Shown one piece after another: positions 28,762 through 42,091 of a stretch of DNA of 64,000 bases. Position 1 is the stretch's first letter. Every line of letters begins with the position of its first letter. The notes under the pieces are model-generated. The model was not told the origin of the DNA. It saw only the letters and a program-made list of their open reading frames with translations, and did not search any database. The stretch covers positions 4,340,001 through 4,404,000 of the forward strand of contig CM022665.1 of assembly GCA_012295275.1 (NCBI GenBank), given 5' to 3'. Made by a program: the position numbers and the translations under genes. Source of the stretch: Chrysomallon squamiferum (lineage: Eukaryota; Animalia; Mollusca).

Positions 28762-29227
28762 GAATACGTAAGTGAACTTTTTTGAATAAAATTATTATTA
28801 TTGTTGTTGTTGTTGTTGTTGTTGCTGCTGCCGCTGTTCCTGTTAAGCAATCTTCGATTCTAAACAGCATGTTGGACTTTTGCACAAAAGCAAAGACTGC
28901 TACAGTGGTGTCACAGCCTAATGACATTTTCACAACAGCAATAACTCACATTTCAGTACTTCAGTTACGTCAAGTCGCGATTAAGTTACATTAAGACCAA
29001 GAACACATCTTTAATCCCATATGTGCTCTTACAAAACAATAACATTCAATGCAACTGGTCACAAAAGACTCATTACTATGAAAATATACACTGAAAACGC
29101 TTCATTTTTAAATGTTTAACAGTATTATTCACTTTTGTTTCTCTGTCACAATTGTCTAAGGACAAGGTTATATATTTTATGTATTTTGTGAATAATTTAG
29201 TTTTGTACAAATTAATGTCAACTGCGA

Positions 29228-29367
<140 letters not shown>

Positions 29368-29942
29368 TTAACACGCAGGGAAGAGAAACATAGTAATACA
29401 AAGAATATTCTAAACGCTATTTTCTTACAGATATTTTGAAAAATAACTATATTAAAATAAAAGTAAATAAATATAAATACATTGTACATTTAATTTTTGG
29501 TCACAGTATGGAATTCTTCGAAATCCTACATTTTTGATTGCTTCTTATAAATCCTCAGCAATTAAGCTAACATCATAACGTTGACGGCATGTTTCTCAAA
29601 TCTTCCAAGATATTCCTCAGACAGTCAGCATTATTTGCTTCCTATGACTGTTATTCATATGGACAACATTTCTAAAAGACGTCGTTTTCTCTAACAAAGT
29701 CCAAACTGCCTTTAGTCATATCGGCTGACTACTTTTCTTTAATATGTATCCTAAAATGTTTTTACTGCCTTTCCAGTGCTGAAACACAGAATTTAACCAT
29801 TCCCAAAAGCTTAATGTCTTTTACGTTTTCCTTTTTTTTTTTTTTTTTATGTATTGTAACGACAATAAATGCGATAATAAAATTTAACGTCTTTCCTTTC
29901 CATACGTTCGAATTTATACGATAATACAAATGAATGAACGAA

Positions 29943-29973
<31 letters not shown>

Positions 29974-30444
29974 ATCTTGCCAAAGTGAAAGTATATATTA
30001 CTATAATCTTAAAAATAGCGTTATTGATGCCTGTAAGTTTCAGAAAGTTATATTTGCAATATAACAAATACAGCGTACTGTAAAACGTATATTAAAAATA
30101 TTAATACAGTATCATAAACCGTTTTTAGAACTATTAAGATACTATAATAATGCTTATATATATCTGTATTAAAAAAACATACACGGCGTAATAAAGTATG
30201 CTGTATTATACTCAGCGTATTAAAGTATGTTGTATGTGCAGTGTATTAAATTGTTGATGATATTAATAGCTTATTAATAAATGTATGTAGTATGTAGAAT
30301 ACATTGATATTCAGCACACATGCTGTAGTAATATATATATCTATATCTATATCCATATAGATATATAAAACATATATATCGTATTAATATCAGTTCAAAA
30401 ATCCAAAAAGACGTAGTATGCCATAAAAAAAAATACTGACTTAC

Positions 30445-30559
30445 CTTATGTTTATCCGTACGCAGTGTGTTATATGTGTCGTGCGGCCGAGTTACGTGTT
30501 TTACATTGTGTATCGATCCATCAGTATCTAGTGTCAACCAATAGAGGCCGCAACAGACG
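30445..30559 (-). other. Candidate orphan internal exon (115 nt; UTR, lncRNA or short coding)
   Basis: Acceptor ttttttag|CGTCTG and near-consensus donor AAG|GTAAGT; locally GC/CpG-richer than its flanks; one open frame (VCCGLYWLTLDTDGSIHNVKHVTRPHDTYNTLRTDKHK). Confidence 0.4.
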
Positions 30560-31680
30560 CTAAAAAAATCGTTTAGTTTTATTTCTGGTATTAAAAAAAA
30601 AAAAAAAAAAAACAAACAAAAAAACAACCTAAAAAAAACCTAAAAATAAAAACTTTTAAAATCCCGAAAGTTTGAAACATTAGCAAGGGTAATGCTTAAT
30701 TAGCATGTAGTGCAATTAAGTGTGAAAGTGTTTTGATAGGTATGGTATTTTGTTGCTGAATAAAATGCATTAACGTATACTGTCGAAACCCTTTCTGTTC
30801 AAATAATTTTTATGTAGATGTATAAGTTTTCGGATCGATAGATCCAATTGTCTTTAATACGGGTCTGTACGACACATAATTAAGGGTCGTGTTTAACCTT
30901 TTCTATTTTTTTTTTTTTATATAATTTTTTTTTTTTTTCTTTTAAATATACTGTTGCAAGCAGTCGAAATAAACTGTTGAAATTCAGTGAATTACTTGAT
31001 TAAATTAGAAGTGTTTTTGCATGGAATGCAGAGAAAAATCCGCTTTAAAAAAAAAAAAAAAAAAAATAAATAAATAAATAAAAAAAAAAATAAGGAAGAA
31101 AAATAAAAAAGGAAAAGAAAGAAAGTAAGAAATGAAAAAAAAAAAAAAAAAAAAGATAATAAAGGAGAAACAGAGCATAGATTCATAGACAAGGGGAGAG
31201 AGAGAGAGAGAGAAAAAAAAAAAAAAATTCATTATTATTGGACACTGAAGGACACATACTCTCACATAAAACCGTTTAACAATGGTATTTGACATAGCGT
31301 ATTTCACAATATTACCAGAAACTTAAAATGACATACAATTCACACTGACAGCCATCTTCTTTCTATGTTACTAGACACTCAAACGGATATACATGTTCAC
31401 GATATAGCAAGACATTTAAACGGAGCTAGTCGTTTTGCGACGTTGTATGATAAAATAATTTCTTCCGTGCTGTTAATGACGTGGTCATCAGCCTCTCTGT
31501 TGGACGGCTCGGTTAATATTTTGTCAAATCAGTTTCTAAACACGACTAGCAGCGTGTGCAGGGGCCGTGAAACAAAGGAAACAGACTGCCTCTGTCTTCC
31601 ACTTCCCATTACAGAAATAGTTTTATTGAAACAGATTAGCTGTACAAAACGTTCAAAACTAGTTGTTAGCATGGACCATC

Positions 31681-31773
31681 ATACTTCGCGATTCACGACA
31701 ACAGCACGAGAAACGCACGTATTTTCGTATTTCGCGATTTTACGACTTTACCACGATATATGCAAGTGTATTT

Positions 31774-31820
<47 letters not shown>

Positions 31821-31937
31821 CGATTCACAAGACCAGCACGAGACGGTCATGTGTTTTTTATACTTCGCGATTCACGACAATAGAACGAGAAATGCACGTG
31901 TTTTCGTATTTCGTGATTCACGATCACAGCAAGAAAA
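31681..31937 (+). repeat. Degenerate CpG-rich ~46-bp tandem repeat (~5 units) interrupted by (TA)n
   Basis: Recurring ttcgcgattcacgacaacagcacgagaaacgcacgtattttcgtat variants. Confidence 0.8.
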
Positions 31938-32448
31938 ACCCAAAATGTATATATTTTTTTATTTTGATTTTAACTTCATTTCATTTGGACTTTGTAATTC
32001 AACTAAAAAAACCAGTCTTTTTTTTGACAATTAGTAACAGTTTAAAGCTATAAACCGTAAACGGTATGTTCATCATCGTCACCATTATTATCTTTATAAT
32101 CGTCATCATTAATTTCTTTGTCGTCATCACTTATTTTATATATTTCGAAAAAAAAAAAAAAAAAAAAAAAAAGAATGATTTCAATGAAAAACAGTAAATA
32201 CCCATCAACGTAGTGCATCGAGTCTGAATAATTATTATTATCACAGAATAGAAATTTAGATAAAACTTGAAAATGTCAAGGGAAAACTACAATTTGCATT
32301 AATTAAGTGAAATAATGATTTCATAAATCAGGCAGAAAGTGCTTTTAGGCAGGACTGACATTTTGAATTGGATACACCTCCATGTGTTAGTTTTCTTGAA
32401 ACGTAATTTTAGCCAGATAAATAAACTGAAAATGCTAAACAGTTAAGT

Positions 32449-32900
32449 GTTTTCTTTAATATTAGACCATTATAATAATTTTGTAACACATTAATAATTT
32501 TCTTTAATATTAGTCCATTACACACATCTACCTTATTTTCTAACACAATAATAGTTTTCTTTAATGTTATACCATTATCCACGTCTATTTTTCTAACACA
32601 ATAATCATTTTCTCTAATTTTAGACCATTACCCTCGTCCAGTTTTCTAACACAGTAAGAATTTTCTTTAATGTTAGACCATTACACACGTTTAACTAATT
32701 TTCTAACACAATGATAGTTTTCTTTAATGTTAGATATTTGCATACGTCTAAACTGATTGGCTAACACAATAAGAGTTTTCTTTAATATTAGAACATTACA
32801 TACATCTAACTAATTTTCTAACACAGTAGTAATTTTCTTTAATGTCAAATCATTACCCATGTGTAACCAGTTTTCTTTTAGAGAACATTACAAACGTCTT
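32449..32900 (+). repeat. Degenerate AT-rich tandem repeat, ~50-58-bp unit, ~8 copies
   Basis: Recurring ttttctttaatrttagaccattac...ttttctaacacaataa. Confidence 0.85.
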
Positions 32901-33801
32901 TTGAATTTTCAAACAGTTTGGTGGAATGTTAGACAATTTCTTTTTCTCTAAAACAGTAAACGTTTAAATTTTTTATCATTGCCTTTCCTTTATATGAAAT
33001 ATGTGCATGTGTTATTGATAAAACAAAGGGGCGTTTTCACTGGAAACTTCATCAAGGTTGTTGTGTTTTATTAATAAAACGCCCCTTAAAGATAAACCAG
33101 TTTATAATCTTAGTCCACCAGCACTCAGTATTTCTTTTCATATTCGTATCGAGCTTCGAAAGAATGTATCTGTCGATAATATGGTACGGTCACTGCTGCT
33201 GAAATTACAGTTGATGTCCTGGACAGACATGCTCTAATAGTAATGTGATAAAATCTTGTTTTAACACTTAACTGGTGGAGGCATGGAAACCTATGCAACC
33301 ACAACGCTGAGCCATCTGTGACTTTGATATTTAAAACGTACGTTAAAGGCAATGTCATTACCAGCTTTACAGTCGCAAGGTTCTACCTGCGAGGCAACAA
33401 CTGTATTATATTTAATATGAGCTTTATTTTGCTTTGAATAATGACTGCTAAATGTTTGACATCGTGTTCGTAATATTGTCGTCACTACTGTGTTACAATT
33501 TACTTTTAAAAAAAAATTTCTTAATAAACAATTATTGTTTTTGTTTTTTTGACATTTGTACTGAATGTAATTGGTTGAAATTAATGTAAACTGTTTTTAC
33601 GTATCGTATTGATTGTACGGTAATAACTAGAAGCAGATAATATGGTTCACCGGAAAGCACGAATTGTTATATACAGTATGAATTATGGTATACGGTATGG
33701 TTGTTTGTTGTTTTGTCGTCAAATTGAATGGAGCAGCTATAAATAACAAGAACAACATCATCATCATCAATAACAACAACAAAACAAACAATAATAAGGA
33801 C

Positions 33802-33837
<36 letters not shown>

Positions 33838-35036
33838 ACACCTTATAACAATAACAGTTAAAAGAGCCCGAAAAACAAATCAAAGAAAACAGTTAACCAT
33901 GAAAACACACACAACCTGAAGCTCAATAACACAAGTTGCATCAGCTTTAAAATTTTAACAACGGACAAAAAAACACACAAAAAAACCTCCATCTTTGTCC
34001 AGAAAGAACATTCACACATAATACAGAATCACATAGACTCTTACACACACAACACACACTAGTTTTCCGTTTGCGTATCTGTTCATGTGTAATATATTTA
34101 TTAGTTTGCCAGAATGTGAGGATACGTTTATCAATTCAAATCAAGCACATTATTATTATTATTGTTGTTATTGTTGTTAAAGTTATTAATATTACTCGTC
34201 GATTTTGTTGTAAATTTATTAACATAACATTTTTTTAGAAGAATGATTCATTATTAAAAAGCAAACAATTTTTTTTTTTTTTTTTTTCACATTCACAGTA
34301 ATTGCCAATTCCAATAACACATAATTCATTTTCGCTTTCATGCTGCAAGTCGGATTATAACAAAACGCATCGTCGAGCGAAGACTCCGCATGATCAGTTG
34401 TACCACTTACTTAAGATGTCGACGTCTGATCGATGCAGAGTATCTGAAGATTCGGACACAGACACACAGATTAACTCTTTTACTCACTCGTAAATAATTC
34501 AGGTAAATTCCGTTATCGGGAATTTTCCTTTTGAAGTTTAGAACGTCTACATCTGTGGAAAATTCCAGAGTTCGGTAAACATTACGTGTGGTTTGTACAT
34601 GTCGACGTCTGATAAGAAAACAAAATATTTAAAAAACATTCTTTGTAAAAGTTTAAGAACAGGATGATGGTGATAATGATATATAAATTTTAAACAAACA
34701 TCAAGAATATACAGTGGTAATAATGGAAATATAGCAAATACACAGCTACAGACTCACAGACAATCGTACAGAGATAACAGATAAGGAGAAAATGCAGCAC
34801 GAGCGAGCATGTGTATTCGCACGAACATTCAAGCGCGTACATATGCACCGAAACAAACGATTTTGTAAGGTTTTGTTTTCTTTTTATCTCCAGACAGAAG
34901 CCACAGGTGGTGAAGTAGAAACTTTCAAATACAAACAAGACATTTAAATGGCTTTGGAATCCGTTTAAATTAATATTTTTATCAAAGGGTGATTTTTTCT
35001 CTTCTTTCTGGAACGTTAATGGTTTACACCGATTCA

Positions 35037-35084
<48 letters not shown>

Positions 35085-35317
35085 GTGTGTGCGTGTGTGT
35101 GTTTGTGTGTGTGTGTGTGTGTGTGTTTTGTATATGTGTCTATATATATTTATCTACGTTTATCCATCTATATTTCCATTCTAACATGATGACAAATTCT
35201 GAACTTCATCCGCAGATAAATTCATATCTCTGTGAAATAGACATGACATCAGTAAAATAAAACAAACTGCTACAACGACATTGAGAATTCATTAACATAA
35301 AAATCGTTTATTCTTTG

Positions 35318-35405
35318 CTTATCTCCTTCTTAATGTGGCCAATCAGATAAGAGACCCCTTTGAGACGAACCAATAAGATAAGGGATCGATCGAAAACTAA
35401 CCAAT
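35318..35405 (+). promoter_or_regulatory. Phased CCAAT/GATA motif cluster
   Basis: CCAAT at 35339, 35370 and 35401 (31-bp period); AGATAAG at 35345 and 35376; reverse GATA CTTATCT at 35318. Confidence 0.35.
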
Positions 35406-36252
35406 TATATGTCCTGCTGCTGAATTAAATAGTAATAACATATCTTACATGTTGGTTTACTGCTAATTTTATTTTGATTACTCGGTGTGTACTAAGTCGT
35501 GTTATTAACTCACTAAGTTTAATGGTTTTCATTCAGAATAATACTATCAGCATATAATATGAAGTTATGAAGATATTATCGACATTAGATTAATATTAAT
35601 GGGTGAAAGTATTTATCATGTTAACAGAGGTCTCAGTGTTAACACACATATAAATAATTATATATCTATTTTTCTATTTATCTGTTTATTTCAGTCTGGT
35701 TTATCGGTATATATGTATGTACGTACGAACGTAACATATACAGACAAACAGATCAAATATTTAAACTGGCTGGTTACACATTGAAATTATTTTTCACAAC
35801 TTTCCATTTCTTCTTTAATCTAACCGCAGACTGCTCGGTGATGTAAAATACTTAGTGACAATTTGCAACACTCTGCGGTTTTAAAACTGATTTCCTTCGG
35901 TAGATGTCTTGTTAGCTACAAATGCCATGCACAGAGGCTGCAAGGCCTGTTTAATCAAGTGACAGACCCATTTATTTGAAAACGCGATCAGTGTTTGATG
36001 CTTGGGATAATGTATCTAAAGAAGAAAGATCATTCATTACGTTACGGCTCATTCAGCTTTGATTGAAGAGTATGCTGATGATGTGCAGTAGCTGAGAAGA
36101 CCAGAACTCCAGCTCGACTTGTCATCAGCGAAGACCTCTTCTGGTTCCAAAATATTTAATGGTCGGGCTCAATTTACAGTGGAGTGATTCTTGTAATTCG
36201 CAATCAGAACCTAGTTGCATAAAAACGTTTATGGAGCAAGACAGTGAAAAGA

Positions 36253-36363
36253 TATTTGAAGGTGACAGTAAAGCTGTATAAAACGTATTTGAAGGGACAG
36301 CAAAGCTGTATAAAACGTATTTGAAGGTGACAGCAAAGCTGTATAAAACGTATTTGAAGGTGA
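36253..36363 (+). repeat. 33-bp tandem repeat, ~3.4 copies
   Basis: tatttgaaggtgacagyaaagctgtataaaacg repeated; one unit is 32 bp. Confidence 0.93.
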
Positions 36364-38791
36364 ATATTTTACCAAAGTGCTCTTGAAGTCTGAATGATTT
36401 AAAACGTGGTTTGCTGGGATCTACTGTTATAAGAGCTTCTGGCTGTTCATTATGAAGATACATCTCAATTAGAACTTTAAAATGTTATTAGACTGGATTA
36501 AGTTAGACGAATCAGAAAACTAACAGTTGCTTTCAGTGTCTTCAGAAAGACTATATTAAAATGTATCTATGAATTTTGAAATCTAGCAAATAACTATTTA
36601 ATATGAAATCAAGATTTGCGATACGCTAATTTTAAGTAATATACAATTCATACACACAAGCATACATTATAGGGAAATATCGATTGAACTTGCTTAATGA
36701 CACATTTAGAAGAGGGCTTAAGTCTTTTAGACTGTCCAGAACATTCTTGTTCTTTTATGCGACATTTTCTGAAGCTGTAATGTAAGCATAGCGAATATCA
36801 TGGTCACAATAAAGAACTAAGTACTTTTCTATGTAGCTATGGAAATATAATATTTTAGAGGTGTTTTCGTAAACTGGGTCTAGTTGGGATGTCAGAAATA
36901 TCCTAGAACAGAATGGCGCATCACGTGTGTGCTAGTTGTTAGAGTCGTATTGTTGGAAGAATCATGATGGATTGAAGAAAATTCTCAGCTATTCATGGGC
37001 AGAAACCTCGTTTTATCGGTCAGTGGCTAAAATCCAGAATATCCATCATTTTAATCCTTCGACGTAGAAAGTCTGAAACCAGCATGGGTTTACAACCGAT
37101 TTTAAGTTTATTTTAAAGATTTGGACATAAAAATTTGCATATAGACGGTGGTTTTATTTATTTATTTATTTATTTATATAATCATTTATTTTAATTCACT
37201 TACAAATAGAAATAAATCAACGAAAAAATTAATAACTACACTACTACAAAAACAAAATAACAACAACAACAATAACAACTATAGATTCATAAAACCAAAT
37301 AATAACGACATTCTTCATTAAAAGGGGCAAAACTAAAGAAGAAGAAGAAGAAAAAATGGAATATGAATTTCTGAATTTTATTTAGTTCTTATGTAAGCTA
37401 AGAATACATTTTCACCGTCCTCATAATCTTTAACCTTGTAATAGCATACATCGGGTAAACTTTAACAGTCTTCAGAGGCGTTGTTCTAATTGCATTATAT
37501 TCTATATATGGCTACTCATTTGTAAATTAGCAAGAACTGTACACTTAGCAGGGAGAAAAAGACGAGACACAGAAGTAAATATTAATGCATAAGGAAGCCG
37601 AGCTATCGTAAACTGAGTATGCAATGGTATGATAATAATTAAGTATTAATAAACAATGAGTATACACGGAACAAATCGTAAGTACTGAACTCGTACATAA
37701 ACACACATATTTGATGAATTCCGTTGTGGTAATTTTCCACTTCATACAAGATTTTCAATAGTTAATGTAGTTTATTAACAAAGCAGGAAGTAAAAATCCA
37801 TTAGCAAAATGAATTCTGCTTAATCATTTATGATGCAGTTCTTCAGTTTCTTTTACTTGTTTTTATTTACGTCTTTCCTTTTTCAAACGAAATAAGTCAA
37901 TGACGTCAAACATTATCAAGAATTTCTACACTTATGTTTGAAGCGTTTATCAAGTACTATAACTTTCCTTTTCCCTCAGCTAGTTTTCCATCTTTTTTCG
38001 ACGTTCTCAACTTCAGTTCTTCCTTCACTTTTTAAAACTTTCCCTTTTTAAGTAATTTTTTTTTTTTTATTTTATTTTATTTTTTTTTAATTATTTTTTT
38101 AATATTAGATAATTCAAGATCAAAATAGCTCGCTTCAGTTTGAATCTCGGGCTGTAATCTTCACCTAGGCTATTTTTATTTTCGTATACGGGACGAAATA
38201 TCATTCTTGGGAAAGAAGCATTCTAAGCGCACAAAAATGTCTTTCACTGAATGTCAAGGCAAAGGACAAGCCGAACATGTTACTTCCCTCCAGCAGGATT
38301 TTGTATCCTTAAGCGTATTTTCTTTCTTTCTTTACTGACATCCTTCGGTTCTAACAAGTTAATAACCTATAACTGGCGGCTCTGGGTCGACCGTGTACGC
38401 GTCTACTCGTTCTAACTTTGTTTGTGGTCATGACGCAAAAGACTCCTCGAGTCACGAGAACTTTGCTCGAGAACCCGAAGCTTTCCGTTAACAGAAAGAA
38501 AGGAAGAAAAGGGTAAAAAAAAAAACCCCACCAGAAACGCGATTCATTGAAAGCGGTCGATTCCAATAAGACCGACAAGCAAAGCTATCGTTCCGTCTCT
38601 GCCCGCGACATCTATTGACAAAGTTGCAGTAGAAAATGTCAAAGTAGCAGAACTGTTCTGTGTTCAAAGATTAGTCGTGACGTCCTGGGTGACAAACTAA
38701 ATTTGTACGAAAGACAAAATGTTACAGACTGACCTTGCTTGCTTTATAGTAGGACTCGGGCATTTATATCTATCAACATTGTGTAGCGTAG

Positions 38792-38793
<2 letters not shown>

Positions 38794-38846
<53 letters not shown>

Positions 38847-38850
38847 GTAA

Positions 38851-38909
<59 letters not shown>
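38794..38909. repeat. Compound (TAA)n(TAG)n microsatellite
   Basis: Direct reading. Confidence 0.95.
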
Positions 38910-39126
38910 ACAACAATAAGATTATTCACATCAACATTAATAATTTTACTGTAATAATTTATTTTCAGTCATAATATTACGAAGGCAATAGATGTGGCTA
39001 ACCAAACGAGTGCATCACATCAAATGCTATGCTGTTTCATGAGTATGCCTGAATGTTAAACTCTTGGTTAAATTAGATATTTCTCCAAACTTAATCAAGA
39101 CACGCAAACAAACCATTAGGAAAAAA

Positions 39127-39163
<37 letters not shown>

Positions 39164-41535
39164 ATTGAAAGTAGTGGAAAAGAAATATAGCTGCATACGA
39201 CTTCCGGTGGCTTTTGATAAAGCGCAAAAGCCATTGGTTTGCGACTGTCTGTCATATGTCAAATGGATTCAGAGTGAAATGTGCCAGAAAGGAAATCTTC
39301 CGACCTGAATCAACACTAACGAATTAAATCCATCTGACGTAAGCCTTACACGCCACTGAATTAACTTTGAAAGATAAATTGCAGTTATTTACACTTTATT
39401 TTCCCTCAATCGATGGGCCAGACCAATCAATAAAAGGTTATCTTGGCTGATTTTTAGAGTTTGCAAGTACCTGTAGGCTGCTGCTCCGTTATCCAGCAAG
39501 ATCTTCGTGCGATACTTTAGAGACAAAAAAAAAAAAAAAAAAAAAAAATAGAAGAAGAAGAAGATGAAAAACAAAATTATAATGGTCTGTCTTTTTCTCC
39601 CTCTCTCCACTTTTTTGATTTGTAAAAGCTGATTCATCTACTGGTTATTTACGTCTTTCGTCCGAGTTGCAAAAGCCTTTCGGACTGAATAACTGCAAAC
39701 ATTTTAGTTTCGTATAAACAACAGCAGCCGCAGCAATACAAACAAATAAAACAATTAAAAAATTAAAAATTAAAAATAAAATAAAATAAAATAAAATAAA
39801 TAAATAATAATAACTAAAAAATTAATTCTAAAATATACTACTAATCCACACTTTCACAAATTTTTCTGTCGTTATTTGTAATTCTAACAAATGTTATATT
39901 TTATTTTCCTGTACACTGAAATATCTAAAACCACTGACTTCTCACGTTATACGTTAATAAATTATATCGACATAAGCCCTAAATGAGCCTGTTATCTTGT
40001 ACGAAATAAATGTTCTTCTTGATACCTAGTACTTAGATATTTTATCTTCACTGACGTTTTGATCTAACCTTTGACAGTTTGATTAGTTATCGCCGATTGT
40101 CTGTGAACATGGTAAGCGTAAGATATTTCCCTCTTTTCAAAGATTTATTACGCAAAAACTATGTAGGTACAAATATGTGGTTCTTTGCATATTTTATTTA
40201 AACTTAGAAATTTCAACGTTAACGTGATGTTTCTAATTAAGCTGGCTAAAAGTTATACTTGAATTAATAAAACTGAACATGTGCTCACGTAAATTCATAT
40301 ACACTGTATGTTTACACACAGACACACACACACACACACACATATATACACATATATATTTTTATATACAGAACAGATGACAACTGTTTTTATTTTTAAC
40401 TTGAGCAGCAACAATAACATCACAGCGATATTAACATTATATCCACAATCACCAATATCAGCAGCAGCAGCAACAACAACAACAACAAAAAATAGTTTAA
40501 TAAATAAATAAATAAATAAATACAAAGATAAACAGACAGACAGATTAAAAATATATATTTAACTCAGTTTGAATGATTAAACAGGTATCAGTGGCAGTCC
40601 TCCTGTATCAGGATTACTGATCCTTTGAAATGCTTTGTTTTGTACGCACCAGTTTTATGAGTATAAAACATTTCTGAAAAAAAAAAACAACAAACATATA
40701 TATGTTTATTTCTGGAATATATTAATTTTAGAACAATATCACCTAGCAGTGACACTTCCTGTTGAAATGAAGATATCGATACAATGACGGACTCGGTGAT
40801 TTCATCATCGTAACATTAATCAGCCAAGGCTCCCCTGGGAATCATTAAATCCATTTTTCCAATGATGAGTGATGATGACTCTGATGAAAGTGACGCTACA
40901 GCCCCCGCTCAGTCCCTCATAATCAGGAAATAAACCAGAGCGTGAAGTTTACGACGTTGTCGCTTTATAAGCTTGCGGGACTGCATCAGTGTTACTCGAA
41001 ATAACAGTGATAAAAATGCTAGGACTTCGGATTTCTCGTGATCCAATTTCCCTTTGGGATATGAAATATTGTTTATGAATTTAGCACTAGGATTTTGTTT
41101 CAGATTTAAACTGTGACGTGACCTGTCTCTGTGGACTGAATGAGTATATGGTGTGCGGCTTTCAGTTTATGGGTTTGGCTTTATAAGGTCTTGGAATTTA
41201 AGAACGAATGCACTAAAGTTCTGTGTAAAATAGCTTCTCTGTTAACATTTGTGATATCGTATTCTCCTGTTTAATAGTTCATGAAATTTTTAAATTTTAC
41301 AGCTCTGTCAACACGTCCATAAGGTGTCGTCCCACAGGTTGAAATCCCTGTTGGTCGAAATCCTGATTACCTGTATATGTAATGAACATGGCCTCTTCAT
41401 GTTCATACAAGTTTTGATTATAGACGGACAATGGTTTATTTACTAATGGATATAAATCTGATTACCTGTGTATATAATAAACATCCCCGAAATCTCCATT
41501 TTTTTCCCGGTCCCGAGAGTTCCAAGTACTGACAG

Positions 41536-42091
41536 CGACGAACCATGATGCCTACTCTCCTCCAGACACCCAAAGACAGCGATCTGCAGGGACCGTGGTG
41601 ATGACATGGGTGGCGCAAGAATTCCTCTTCGCCAATGCTGGATCACTTCACCAGTGCTGGATCTCTTCACCAGTGCTGGATCACTTCACCAATGCTGGAT
41701 CACTTCACCAATGCTGGATCACTTCACCAATGCTGGATCACTTCACCAGTGCTGGATCACTTCGCCAATGCTGGATCACTTCGCCAATGCTGGATCACTT
41801 CACCAATGCTGGGTCAAGAATGAACAACAATCTGGAAGTTTTCCATTCTCGAGTCAGCAGGCTGCTTGCTTCCTCATCGACATCCGAACATCTACAGATT
41901 TGAAGACTTGATCAAGGGGACAGAGAAATGTGAAAATGCAAAGATGAATGCTGCAGCTGCCACCACCGAGGAAGAGAGTCTATCGGGATCTCGACAAAGG
42001 AGTCAGACGCCTCACGCAGCAGTTCACTGACAGAACGAAGACTCCTCTGCAGTACCTGAACGCCATTGGTCACCTCATGAAGCTGCAGTGA
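41536..42091 (+). pseudogene. Frameshifted C-terminal fragment of a MULE transposase
   Basis: Stitched across frameshifts: RRTMM...VMTWV...CW.HFTNAGSRMNNNLEVFHSRVSRLL-PHRHPNIYRFEDLIKG...PPPRKRVYRDLDKGVRRLTQQFTDRTKTPLQYLNAIGHLMKLQ*. This matches the MULE C-terminal pattern W..F...RTNN.LE.(W/F)H...HPNI..F. AATAAA follows at 42104-42109. Confidence 0.85.
41627..41816 (+). repeat. 19-bp minisatellite, 10 copies (CTTCRCCARTGCTGGATCA)
   Basis: Counted directly. It explains the cyclic PMLDHFTNAGSLHQCWITS ORFs seen in all three frames. Confidence 0.97.

Noticed and set aside
41595-41911. Three overlapping repetitive ORFs as a real repeat protein
   Set aside because: They are produced by a stop-free 19-bp minisatellite inside a frameshifted transposase relic.
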